Source of the DNA: Halocafeteria seosinensis
Lineage: Eukaryota
Direction: 5' to 3'
Assembly: GCA_001687465.1 (NCBI GenBank)
Contig: LVLI01000614.1
Span: 1 to 39,434 of the forward strand
DNA length: 39,434 bases
The position numbers were made by a program, and so were the translations under genes. The notes under the pieces are model-generated. The model was given only the letters and a program-made list of their open reading frames with translations, had not been told where the DNA came from and did not search any database. Positions 1 to 10,045 of this stretch are shown one piece after another (position 1 is the first letter of the stretch; each line of letters begins with the position of its first letter).

Positions 1-801
1 TGATAATGCAATTTGATATGCTTGGGTGTCTTTTAATTTCCCTTTAATATGCATAATAATGGGTCCACATTCTCCCTTCACAAAACTGGCAAATTTTGAA
101 ATATCGGGGGCACGGGCGCTTTTTCCAGTGGTGCGCCCCCGCAAAACATCGGGGGCAAAGTGCGGAAAAGGAAATATCCCAGCTCTGAATGAAAGACGCA
201 TTTGCATCGCTCCCCAGTGACGTCATAGTGATGTTTGATGATTGTATTGAAATATATATATCTCCAACGACATCGAATTCATCTGAACGTTGATTTATGG
301 GAAGAGGAGGTCGTATCAGAACGGAGGTGGTAAAATAATTCATCACCTCAAGTTGAAGCTGGAGCCGGAGGAGAAAAAACGATATCTGTTGAACACGTTT
401 TGACGTCTTTTCGTCTCTAGTTTCCCTGCTCTGTCAGTTTTAAAGTGTGCATTGGAGGCGTAGTGGAACGTGTGTGGTACTGGACTCTGTGGAAGTGGGC
501 GTCATTGGAGGGGAAAACGAGTGATTCGGCGGTGGTTAACGATTAAGACTTTCGGGCAACGAAACAGAGGAAGTTTTGGATTCTTTTAGCGTCTTTGTGA
601 GCACCAGAGTCCGCAGACGAGGCGATTCTCTCGTGTACTATGGTCAGCTAAAAACGTACGGGTCAAGTTTTCTCAGAGAGCAAAAATCGTCATCTAGCAC
701 AGATTCTGTGGGTGTTCTGGCGTGGAGATTCCTGACTTCAAGTGACTTTTGATACCCAAATTCTCCGGAAGGGCAAAATACTTGATTGCAGGGTCTCAAG
801 G

Positions 802-3800
802 ATGTCGAATTCAAGTGCAACGGCTAGTACAAGAACCACAATTACGTTGACTGTCGTCAACGTGATTGCTGGAGAGAAATTTGGACCCGATTCCATTGAT
901 GCAGCGTAAGTAAAATGGATTACGTGCGTGGCGGTTGTTGGAGCTAAACTAATTGTGCGCATCTATCCCCTGTACAGGTTTGAAGCGCTACAGGAGTATG
1001 TTGGAAATACTACAGGGATCAGCGCGGATGACCAGCTACTTCTCTATGACGATGGCAAAGTGCCCTTGCAAATTACAGAGGAAAGTTTCACCCCTGTTCT
1101 AGGACTGGCTGACAACACGACTTCAGGCGGTGCAGCGGCATCTAGTTCGTTCATGTCTCAATCTTACCAGTATTCTACGTCAACCTCGGATGTGAAAATC
1201 GGACAGTTGTTGGCATACGATGTTAGCAGAATGAAAAGGCAGGAGATCGACGACCAGTTCGTCGCTCCTCTAACTGAGAACGAAGAAGTTTCCCCGGAGA
1301 ATATGTCAAAGTCGACTTCTTCCTTGGAAACTTGTCTAAACTCAGCCCGTGGAGTTGGACGATCGCTTAGGGCGGTCAAGGAAGATGAAGCCATTGCGAC
1401 TTTAGCCGACTATTTCGATGCCGTTATTGAGGCTACCGTCGCAGGCAGAGAAGCGTTTGTCAACGTAGAGAAAACAAAGCAGCAAATCAATGTTCGTTCT
1501 CGAAGATGCTCCATTCTAATGCAAGGAGTAATGGCTTTCTACCGGTTTGTGCCGTCTGTCTGTGAGGAAATGAGGAACCGAGTCCGTTCCTTACATGACA
1601 ACTTCGAAGCGCAAAAGAGCAAGACGAAGAAGCTAGCAACTCGGGTTGAACAGTATTTGGGACGCCTTCGGGATATCGATGTGCACAACTATGAATCAGG
1701 GTCTGCTGTGAAAGATCGTTTACTCGAACAGGTTGATGAGGGCGCAATCCAGGAGGCTGCTAAGCAGATAGTACACGCGATAGAGGAGTTGGGCGAGGAC
1801 AAGGGCACTATTGATAGGCATTTGACGCATGTAAACTCCCGTATGCGCGACTTGAGCTCGGGTGTAACCAATGAGCTTTCATCGTCCACTTACGCGTTAG
1901 ACAACGACGAAAAAATTCCGAAGTCCAAAGTAGATGTTTCTGAGGCCGAAAAGTTGGTGGGGAAAATGAAGGAGAACCTGGAAACAATCACCAACTCGGT
2001 TTCAGCGGTCTTGAACTCGGACTCTGCTTCTTCCAATAAAATCCAACTAATTTCTCAAATGGAAGATATGCGCAGTGACCACACGAATGCACGGTACACA
2101 ATCGAATCCACTCTGCAGCGTACGGAAAAGACACTCAAAAACTGTAACGATTTTGTGAAGCAACTTTCGGAAGAGTACCTATTCTATTTGCTAAAACTAT
2201 TCGCCCTATGGGACCAACTACTTGATATTCATCGAAGGACGGATTTGTTCCAGCAAGCATGTGAGAGGGTGACTACCTTTGGATCGCAACTTGGGACCTT
2301 GCGAGGGTTGCCATCAGCCGTAGCTGCAGGACTAGAGGAGCGGGAGAGACGTCGCGTATTTCTTAACTCAATTGCAAATGATATTCAAACTGTGTGCCAG
2401 TCTCTCTATGACAGATTGGGGAGAGAGAACTCACGACGAAGAAAGTTTGTAAGACGTCACGGAACCCTGCTTCCAGATGGATTACTCCCGGAACTACGAA
2501 GCTGGGCACCAGAGATCGAAGTAACCTTGAAGATAGACAATGAGGAGGAACCATTGGCTAGTTCTATTCCAAGAGAATTTTCTAGCTCTATTCGAAGTGC
2601 TCGTCATACCCCATACACTGGTGCAATCAATGCGGAGGATAGTCTCTCCAACAAATTCCGGTTGCTTTCTGACAACTCTCCTGGCGTAGCTGCAGCCGAC
2701 TCTCGCTCTCCGAGCACATCCATGATGGCATCTCGTGACACTACTCCTGACATTGATACCCTTTCGTTGGGTCCCGCTGCAAATAAAGGTGGAGACAGTA
2801 AATCCAGTACAACTGTAAAAACCAGGACTAGAAGCGGCAGTGGGAACCAAACGTATCCGAACACTTCTCGAGACCCCGAAGCAGACAACTCGAAGGGTGC
2901 TCCAACGGAGGAGTCACGCAAGTCGCCCGAGGAAATCCTTGCTCAACAGAGAAAGTATATTGAAAGATTGGAGGAAGCAAATGCATCTTTAAAGTCTGAA
3001 CTTGAGTCGACGAAAATGGTGGGAGCCTTAGCCTCAGAAGACTATGGTGGCTCCCCCGCAAGCAGGACTGAATCTGAATCGGAGAACTTTTCCTTTACAG
3101 CCTTGCGGGAAATACACGATTGTATAAGGAATACGTTTGACACTGCGCAGTTGATTCATAGGGACGATGGAGGTGCGTCGACCGAAACAACCCCTTCAGA
3201 ATCTAGCGGACACGATGTGTCGCCGGCTCACACCCGTCTTTCAAATACTGTACGGCGCCTTGTACGCGAGCATTACAGCTTTGCCGAGTATATAACTAAG
3301 CTTCAGGATACGTTATCCAAAATGTCTACTGACTTGGAGCGCTCGATTTCTATACGAGATTTTCACGTAGGTGACAGAATGCTTTTCGTACAGCTTAAAC
3401 CTCCGACATTTTATTCGGCATTCAATATGGATGAACCTCACTATTACTTAAGCTCAGCAGTTGTGAAGAAGGAAACACCCAGTACCAAATATGCAAACAG
3501 GCTGCCTGCGTACATTGTCGTGGAGGCGAAGTCTATTAAGTCGTTTGTCGCAAGCGATGAGAGGAATCCGTACCATCTAGTTTGTGGCACCGTGTACCAC
3601 ATCGTGGATGGAACCATATTATCTTCCAGTTTTTCTGTTTTACCGCCACGGGGTAGCACGTCAAGCACAACCCGTCAGAACGAGGCTGGATCCAGTACTG
3701 TCGACGTAGAACCGAAACAGCGTCACAGGAGTAGAAGTGAGAGTGACACTGATTCGCGTTTTGACACAACAACAGATGAGCAGAAAGACACGCCGTTTAC

Positions 3801-3855
3801 GATGAAACGGGCTCTGTCTTTGCCTGCCAACATTGAGGATAAAAAGACCAAGTAG
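802..3855 (+). CDS. ATG11: Autophagy protein ATG11 / RB1CC1 (FIP200) homologue, ~993 aa; join(802..905,978..3855)
   Basis: ATG at 802. The 72-nt intron 906-977 (GTAAGT...CTAAT...TACAG) joins in frame (SIDAA|FEALQEY). N-terminal ubiquitin-like segment (GISADDQLLL), a long helical ATG17-like region with E-RRR..F motifs, and a C-terminal ATG11/Claw signature (ISIRDFHVGDRMLF...HYYLS...YIV...NPYHLVCGTVYHIV). Confidence 0.88.
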
Positions 3856-3858
3856 AGG

Positions 3859-6800
3859 TTATAATGATCCACTGGAGTCTGATCCATTTAGGATACGTTT
3901 GACAACTTCTTGCAGCTTGCGAGGGCGGAATTCTGCAGAACCTCGGTCATGATCGCTGTAATTTTGAAGGACGTTCCCCTTAATTTCGCTAACATCTCTC
4001 TTTGTCCACTGTAGTTCACTGTTGCGCACTTTACGGAGAAGTGCTAGCTCCCTGTCTAGGACCTCATTAGTATCATAAGATGAAAATGGACGTCTCTTCG
4101 AGTTTTCTTTGGGCCTACCCCCGGTACTACGCATAGCTATTTTTAGTCTAGCCTGCAATGTTCTCGCGAACACTCTCCTCCACCGGTTTACAATATGGGA
4201 TTTCTGAATACGTTGAACAGCCACTACTCGGCTCCTATCATCTTGCCCTTCTTTGCGAACGTACGTGCTCCAACCCTCGAACGCCGCCCGTAGCTGTCGT
4301 TTTCTGACTATCGCCGTCAGCTGGGTTTCAGCGTGCTGTATCCGTTTCGCTCGCAGGTGTTTCTCTTTCCACGTTCGAAAGAACTTTTTCTGAATACGTC
4401 TTCGATCAGCTGACACTGTAAGCCACAGCTGGAACCATCCTAGAAGCGCTCGCACTTTAGTATTTCTTTCCCAGTATACACGGGCCCTTTTTTTGCACCG
4501 ATTTATGTACGCATACTTAGTTGCAAATTGATGCCATTGCGCCCAAGCTTGCAATTTTCTCTGTAATTCCAACGTCCTCGTTGCATTACAAACGATGGAT
4601 CGAGCACGTCGCTGGTTCGACGTTATGGTCCTGAGCATGGAGAATGATGGAAGCAATCGAGCTTTAACAGCAGTTTCACTCCCTTCCGCCAGCAAGGGTT
4701 CCGTGAGATGAGACAGAAATAATTGAGCGATTCTCAGTCTATCCGGCTCCTCAAAGTAATTGGAAGTTCGTTTGTGGATGTGCTGGCGAGAACACTGAAG
4801 TGCTTTTATTCGCTCCTGACGATTTCGGCGAACAAAATCGCATCTCCGGTGTAACCGCCGAAAGGCGAATGATCGGCGAAGCGAGTGGGCTCTTTCCTCT
4901 AATATTTGCATCCGCTGTTGCGAGTAGAGTGCAATCCTCCATAGCTTCAACAATTTGCGTTTCGCGCGGTAGGAAAAGACTGATTCAGCCTTCTCGAGAA
5001 GTTGTCTCTCAGATCTCAGAAGAAGAGCTTGAGAATTCCATTGATGCATAAGCTTGCGCAGTCTATGTACTCGAGTACTAGTCTGCAGATAAAGACATTT
5101 CGTAGCGAGGTCTTTAGACTTTTCGGTAAACTGTCTCCATTTGGAAAATGCATGTCTCAACAATCGCTCAGTCCTCACAACTTGGGAGTATCGATACAGC
5201 TTTTGCTCGTAAGTAAACATTCTAAAGCATTGGAAAACCTGCTTCTTCCTTCGAATTTCCTGTTTTGACCACACCAAACCTATCATTCGCGTCCTGACAA
5301 GCTGAAGTTCGTCAAACCTTTGTCGCCAAATACCGAACGCAGAACTAACAGTCTTTCTATCACGATCCCGCGAAATCAATAACTTCCGGTCTGACAGCCA
5401 TTTCATTTGCCTCGTATGATCTCCCCATGAGCGAACAATTCTGCCACATAGTTGCATGGACAACTTGCTCTGAAACGACCGTGCGATCTTCCGGGAACGA
5501 TAGCCCCTGTACAGTTGCCCAAAGAGGGTGTCGCGGCGACGAGTTAAGATCCTATCACGCAGCAATTGCGTTTTGCCACGAATTATTCTCATCCTTCTAC
5601 GGTACTCCGTCCATTTCTTCAAGCTGTGTGATAATCGGATGCTCTCCGACTTGCATCTGAATGCATGGAATCTTTTTTTCATCTCTTTCTTGCTAGCAGA
5701 GTAACTGACGAGTCGAGAAAATACTTGTTTCTTGACGCGATGTAGATATAAACCGACCGCGGACTCAGTAAGCCTCTTCCACTGAGAACGGGTTCTAGCC
5801 ATAGTCTTCCACTGTATCAATGAGCGGCGAGCTCTTCTCTGCAGGTTCCTCGTATTGCATGTAATTTGTTGTTTTCTCAACCACCTTAAACGATGCAGGA
5901 ACTCCTGCCACTGTCGCACTCCGTGACGCAGTCGTCTGACAGTATACAAGCTATCAGCCGCATAAAACATTCGCCTTTTTGTGTGAGCCTTCGCGGCATT
6001 CGTCAGTAACATCCTTATACCAGCGTTGTACCGATGACGGCGAATGAGGGATCGTATCCTGTTGGTCTTGTGTTCCAGCATCTTGGAATCATAGTTTGCA
6101 TCCATCCAACCAGTAAACGCCCTTCGCAGCAAATTCCTGCGAAACACTGAGTCAGCTATTTGCTCCTTTCGCACCCTTATCCGATCTTCTATGACGAACT
6201 CCTTCCAGCGGTACCAGTAAGTTCTACAGGATCGCCCGTTCAGTATACGGGAAACTTTATTGAGGGCAAACTTACGAACAAATATCTGTCTGGTGAAAGA
6301 TTTCCATTCTTGGTAAGCGTTGAACAATACCTTTTGATCAGCATATTCTCTAAAGCGGTTGCACTGATACTCAAGCAACTGATGTCTTAACGTCGCGCCT
6401 CTCCAGTAGTGCCAATAACGCTCCAACTGATGCCGATGTCTGTAGGCCACTATCTCCCGCTGTAAACCCGACAACCGGCCTTTATGGGCAGAGTACGCCC
6501 AGAACCCATTGAACATTTTTTTGAGTAATACAAATTTTCGCACACCTTGCAACTTTTGGACAGCCTGCTTTCGCAATCTTCCAATGTGAGCCTGCTCATG
6601 CATACGTCTAAAATGATTATGTAGTAGCATCATTCTCCGGAATCGTCCAGCGCGCACGAGGAGATTGACCAATTCGTGCTTTTCTGCAATCTTCTGCTTC
6701 CATGTCTGGAAAGCCTTGGATACACGCTGCGTAGCACGGAAAACCCTGGCCTGCCACTTCCGTTTACGGTATTCGTAAGAGGTGAAATTATACATCTTCC

Positions 6801-9651
6801 ATTTGGATATCGCCTTTTTCAGTTTCAGCTTCTTCACCTGAGCTTCAGCTTCCACGAAGTATTCGCGAAAACTACATTGCAGAGAGGCGACTTGCCGCCA
6901 AGCACCAAGGCAAATAACAGAGGTGAACTTGTCCCGTACGCGCTGTAACGTGAGTACCGCGGCCCGCTTTTTCAGCTTCTTTGAGGTTGCGAAGGTACTC
7001 CAAGTGAACAGACACGCACGAAGTACATAATCGGACCATTCTTTTTCCTTCCTTTTCTTTTCTACTCTTTCTTGCCGAGCTATTTCCGTAGAGTACTTCC
7101 AGTTCTTAACAGACTTGGACAACACGCTCTTCAAGTGGAAAATGGCAGCTATCTCAGCCCTTGCGCGGAAGACATGTATGCGATGTAGGCGGAGTCGCCA
7201 GTCTCCTATATATTTCTTTAGCAATTTGGTACAGTGCCTGTGTTCTGTGATTGCCGACGCCTCTAGGATTCGTCGTTCTTTTAGCGCATGTTCCTGAATT
7301 CGTACGAAGGCTTGACCTTTCATTCTCCTAGCTACAAGGACGACAAAGCAGTCGATGACGTGTCCATAGCGTCGGGATTCATGTAGCATCGACTGTAGCC
7401 TCGCGAATGTACGTCTTAGAACACGCCATCGCCAAATGCGATCTACCGTCGCAGATATGGATCGACGCTTAGCAACTGTCACGCTGTACCGATACCAAGT
7501 GCAGAGTGCATTGCGACTCACAAAGCGAAAAATCAGCATTCTAAAACGCTGCTTTTGATACGCAACCCAGCTCCATTCTCGTAAAGCTCGTCGCGATTTC
7601 TTCTCAGCAAGCATATTGTAGAGTTGCGAAGCTTGGCGCTCATGCTCCCCGACTATGCCCTGCCAGTTGTGGAACGTGGACCGCACAACCATAGACCTAT
7701 CAACCGAGCGAATTACACGCACAAGGGTTTCCCTGGCAGCATGCTTCCGAAGATGCGTATTGTACCATGAGTCAAGAATGATTCGTTTCCGGCGATTCTC
7801 AATATACCCCTTTACGGCACGTAATTGTTGTTTCTGAGCAGCACGCATTGAAGCATTTTCTGTCCATCTATGAAAGAGAACATCCTCTGCAATCATAACC
7901 AAGTGTCGCCTGGCTCGGCGAAGAATTTGTTTTGAGCGATAAAGAGACCAAAAATCGGTGAAAATACGCCGCTTAAAGGTAAGCTCTGTCTTCTGCTTTA
8001 TAGTACCGGCACTTCTCTGAAGACGCCGTCGCTCCCGGCAAAACCGTTTCCATGCCAGAAGACACTGTCCCAAGAGATTCACAGAAAACGATTCTTGCAT
8101 CTGAGAAACCGCGTTAAGAACACTTGTACACCTCCTCCAGACTCGAAAAAGAGCCCGTGACCTCTGCCAGTTAAGCCGCTCCCGAAGATCGGACCCCATA
8201 TTTTCGACATAGTACCTCCTCCTCCATAACGACCAAGCCCAACTAAGGAGCCGTCCAGCTTTGTTATTGCTGACATTCCAAGCCGCATTTCTTTCTTGAG
8301 AACGCTTTTGAGCAAGCAACGACCACTGATAGACAAAGTTACGTAAGAACTCCGTTTCCCGAGGTGGGCCGCTCTTCGTCCCTAGAGATTCCACCGTCGA
8401 CTGCCCAGGAGAGGGGGTGCTTGAGGTGCCATATTCTGGGCCCTGTGGTTGTGTAGTCGGCTGAGGATTGAAGGTAAACGAGACTGTACGCGTATGTGGA
8501 GGCTGGTTCTGGATCGTGCTTGGGTCATGAAAGGGGAGTTCATCTGGGGTATCAGCAGATATGGGATTTCTTGACTCAGCAGGTGAATTTCTCGGTGATA
8601 TAGCCACTTGAAGACCACGGCACGTCCTCAAAACACTCCTATTGGGTCCGATGTTCGTTCCTCCATCTGTGTCATAGTCGCTTTGTTGCCTTACAGCAGA
8701 GTAGTCATTGTATGCATACCGCGTACTACTTGAGACAGAGGAACGCTGATCAGCTTGTGGAGCTACGTTCTGATGCCGGCCATCTGTGCTCGAGAGTGCA
8801 GGTTGCTGTTGATACCGCTGCATAGTATCTGTGGTGGCGTAAGCCCACAGCGGAGGCTGCTGTTCGTTAGTCCCAGCTATTTCTTCGCTTGGTCCAAGCC
8901 TTCGAGCAAGCTCGTAGACCGGTACCTGTATTGGGTGGGGAAGTTGTTGGTACCAGACGTTTCCGGATGCCCACATAGGGGGCTGATGCGATAGCCTATC
9001 CGCAGAGTAATTCCCTTGTCTTTCACCATTAGCGAATGCATTTGTTGCTACACTATTATTCCTATCTTCTTGCTGCACTGGCACCATCGGCGCCGCTAGA
9101 TAATCTAGTGCAGTTTCTTCTTCCATGCCATAGCTATCGGTACCAGTTAAAGCGGGTTCATGGGAACGACTACCTTTCCGCGGCTCGAAACATTCCGCAA
9201 TCGTTTCTTCGTGACGATTCTCAGCTCCCATCCGCCGATAGTGCTCTTCCATAATTTCTCGAGTACCATCGCTCATACTACCTTCCTCATCGGAACCTTC
9301 CAGGGAGACGGTGGAAGTCGAGCTTGCATGGGTTCCTTCAGGAAAGTTGCCGTTCCACCCAGAATCATTCCCATACAGCGTTCCACCTCCATAAGCCGAA
9401 AATACTGTTTCAGAAGCAGTGGATAACGGCTGCTGGTCTCCTAATGAAGCTTGTAATGGTCCCAAAGCCTGATTGATCTGTTGCCGGAACTCCTGCTGTT
9501 TAGACTGCTTAAATGTCTCCACCTCCGAGACTAGATCCCCAAACAAGCTTCGTTTGCCTTTTTCATGTCGTTTAGAGCGAGATTCATCAGGTTTCCTGCT
9601 GGAATAGGTCCTGTATCCTCTGGTAGAGCGCTCCATATCCCCGTAGCCCAT
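3859..9651 (-). CDS. Sfi1-repeat centrin-binding (centriole/basal body) protein, 1930 aa, intronless
   Basis: 5.8-kb open frame. A ~430-aa low-complexity N-terminus is followed by ~1400 aa of basic helical repeats of the form L..aF..W+ (RALFRVWRR, QCLLAWKRF, KAFQTWKQ, RAFTGWMD, HAFSKWRQ). The spacings counted are 29, 29 and 33 aa, typical of Sfi1 repeats. Confidence 0.8.
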   Translation of the reverse strand: MGYGDMERSTRGYRTYSSRKPDESRSKRHEKGKRSLFGDLVSEVETFKQSKQQEFRQQINQALGPLQASLGDQQPLSTASETVFSAYGGGTLYGNDSGWNGNFPEGTHASSTSTVSLEGSDEEGSMSDGTREIMEEHYRRMGAENRHEETIAECFEPRKGSRSHEPALTGTDSYGMEEETALDYLAAPMVPVQQEDRNNSVATNAFANGERQGNYSADRLSHQPPMWASGNVWYQQLPHPIQVPVYELARRLGPSEEIAGTNEQQPPLWAYATTDTMQRYQQQPALSSTDGRHQNVAPQADQRSSVSSSTRYAYNDYSAVRQQSDYDTDGGTNIGPNRSVLRTCRGLQVAISPRNSPAESRNPISADTPDELPFHDPSTIQNQPPHTRTVSFTFNPQPTTQPQGPEYGTSSTPSPGQSTVESLGTKSGPPRETEFLRNFVYQWSLLAQKRSQERNAAWNVSNNKAGRLLSWAWSLWRRRYYVENMGSDLRERLNWQRSRALFRVWRRCTSVLNAVSQMQESFSVNLLGQCLLAWKRFCRERRRLQRSAGTIKQKTELTFKRRIFTDFWSLYRSKQILRRARRHLVMIAEDVLFHRWTENASMRAAQKQQLRAVKGYIENRRKRIILDSWYNTHLRKHAARETLVRVIRSVDRSMVVRSTFHNWQGIVGEHERQASQLYNMLAEKKSRRALREWSWVAYQKQRFRMLIFRFVSRNALCTWYRYSVTVAKRRSISATVDRIWRWRVLRRTFARLQSMLHESRRYGHVIDCFVVLVARRMKGQAFVRIQEHALKERRILEASAITEHRHCTKLLKKYIGDWRLRLHRIHVFRARAEIAAIFHLKSVLSKSVKNWKYSTEIARQERVEKKRKEKEWSDYVLRACLFTWSTFATSKKLKKRAAVLTLQRVRDKFTSVICLGAWRQVASLQCSFREYFVEAEAQVKKLKLKKAISKWKMYNFTSYEYRKRKWQARVFRATQRVSKAFQTWKQKIAEKHELVNLLVRAGRFRRMMLLHNHFRRMHEQAHIGRLRKQAVQKLQGVRKFVLLKKMFNGFWAYSAHKGRLSGLQREIVAYRHRHQLERYWHYWRGATLRHQLLEYQCNRFREYADQKVLFNAYQEWKSFTRQIFVRKFALNKVSRILNGRSCRTYWYRWKEFVIEDRIRVRKEQIADSVFRRNLLRRAFTGWMDANYDSKMLEHKTNRIRSLIRRHRYNAGIRMLLTNAAKAHTKRRMFYAADSLYTVRRLRHGVRQWQEFLHRLRWLRKQQITCNTRNLQRRARRSLIQWKTMARTRSQWKRLTESAVGLYLHRVKKQVFSRLVSYSASKKEMKKRFHAFRCKSESIRLSHSLKKWTEYRRRMRIIRGKTQLLRDRILTRRRDTLFGQLYRGYRSRKIARSFQSKLSMQLCGRIVRSWGDHTRQMKWLSDRKLLISRDRDRKTVSSAFGIWRQRFDELQLVRTRMIGLVWSKQEIRRKKQVFQCFRMFTYEQKLYRYSQVVRTERLLRHAFSKWRQFTEKSKDLATKCLYLQTSTRVHRLRKLMHQWNSQALLLRSERQLLEKAESVFSYRAKRKLLKLWRIALYSQQRMQILEERAHSLRRSFAFRRLHRRCDFVRRNRQERIKALQCSRQHIHKRTSNYFEEPDRLRIAQLFLSHLTEPLLAEGSETAVKARLLPSFSMLRTITSNQRRARSIVCNATRTLELQRKLQAWAQWHQFATKYAYINRCKKRARVYWERNTKVRALLGWFQLWLTVSADRRRIQKKFFRTWKEKHLRAKRIQHAETQLTAIVRKRQLRAAFEGWSTYVRKEGQDDRSRVVAVQRIQKSHIVNRWRRVFARTLQARLKIAMRSTGGRPKENSKRRPFSSYDTNEVLDRELALLRKVRNSELQWTKRDVSEIKGNVLQNYSDHDRGSAEFRPRKLQEVVKRILNGSDSSGSL

Positions 9652-9866
9652 GGCAGATTCTCCGTCTCTTCAAACAGCTCCTGCATCCATGACAGCCCGT
9701 TCCCTCCAAATCAGCCCACACAAACAATACCTAGAGACATATTGAAACATTATAAAACAAAAATTGGAATGAAAACACATCGGGAAACCTTCCAAATCGG
9801 CCTCTAAAACTGATGGCCTCCATTGCGTAGCTGGAATTCAAACAGTTAACGGGCGTCCTTGTAGAT

Positions 9867-9889
9867 AATCCGGGCCTTCGGCCCGGATT
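9867..9889. repeat. Perfect 10-bp inverted repeat with 3-nt loop (AATCCGGGCC-TTC-GGCCCGGATT) in the divergent Sfi1/SAM50 intergenic region
   Basis: Read directly from the sequence. Confidence 0.9.
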
Positions 9890-10045
9890 TCGAGCTTAAA
9901 GGGCATAATTGTTTATTCTAGACAATGTGGCTCGTATTGCAGAGAATTTTAGGCGGGGATCGAATGCTCCTTATCCAGTGGAAGGTACTTGGCGTTGAGA
10001 GGGAGCGAGTGGAAACGTGATTAGGGAGGAAATAGGCTATCTGAT

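Noticed and set aside
640..791. 5'-UTR intron of ATG11 (similar acceptor-like sites near 12749, 21440 and 30801)
   Set aside because: The acceptors look plausible but donors cannot be assigned without transcripts.
928..977. ORF-track start (GTG 928) for ATG11
   Set aside because: It lies inside the inferred intron 906-977; ATG 802 gives a better N-terminus.
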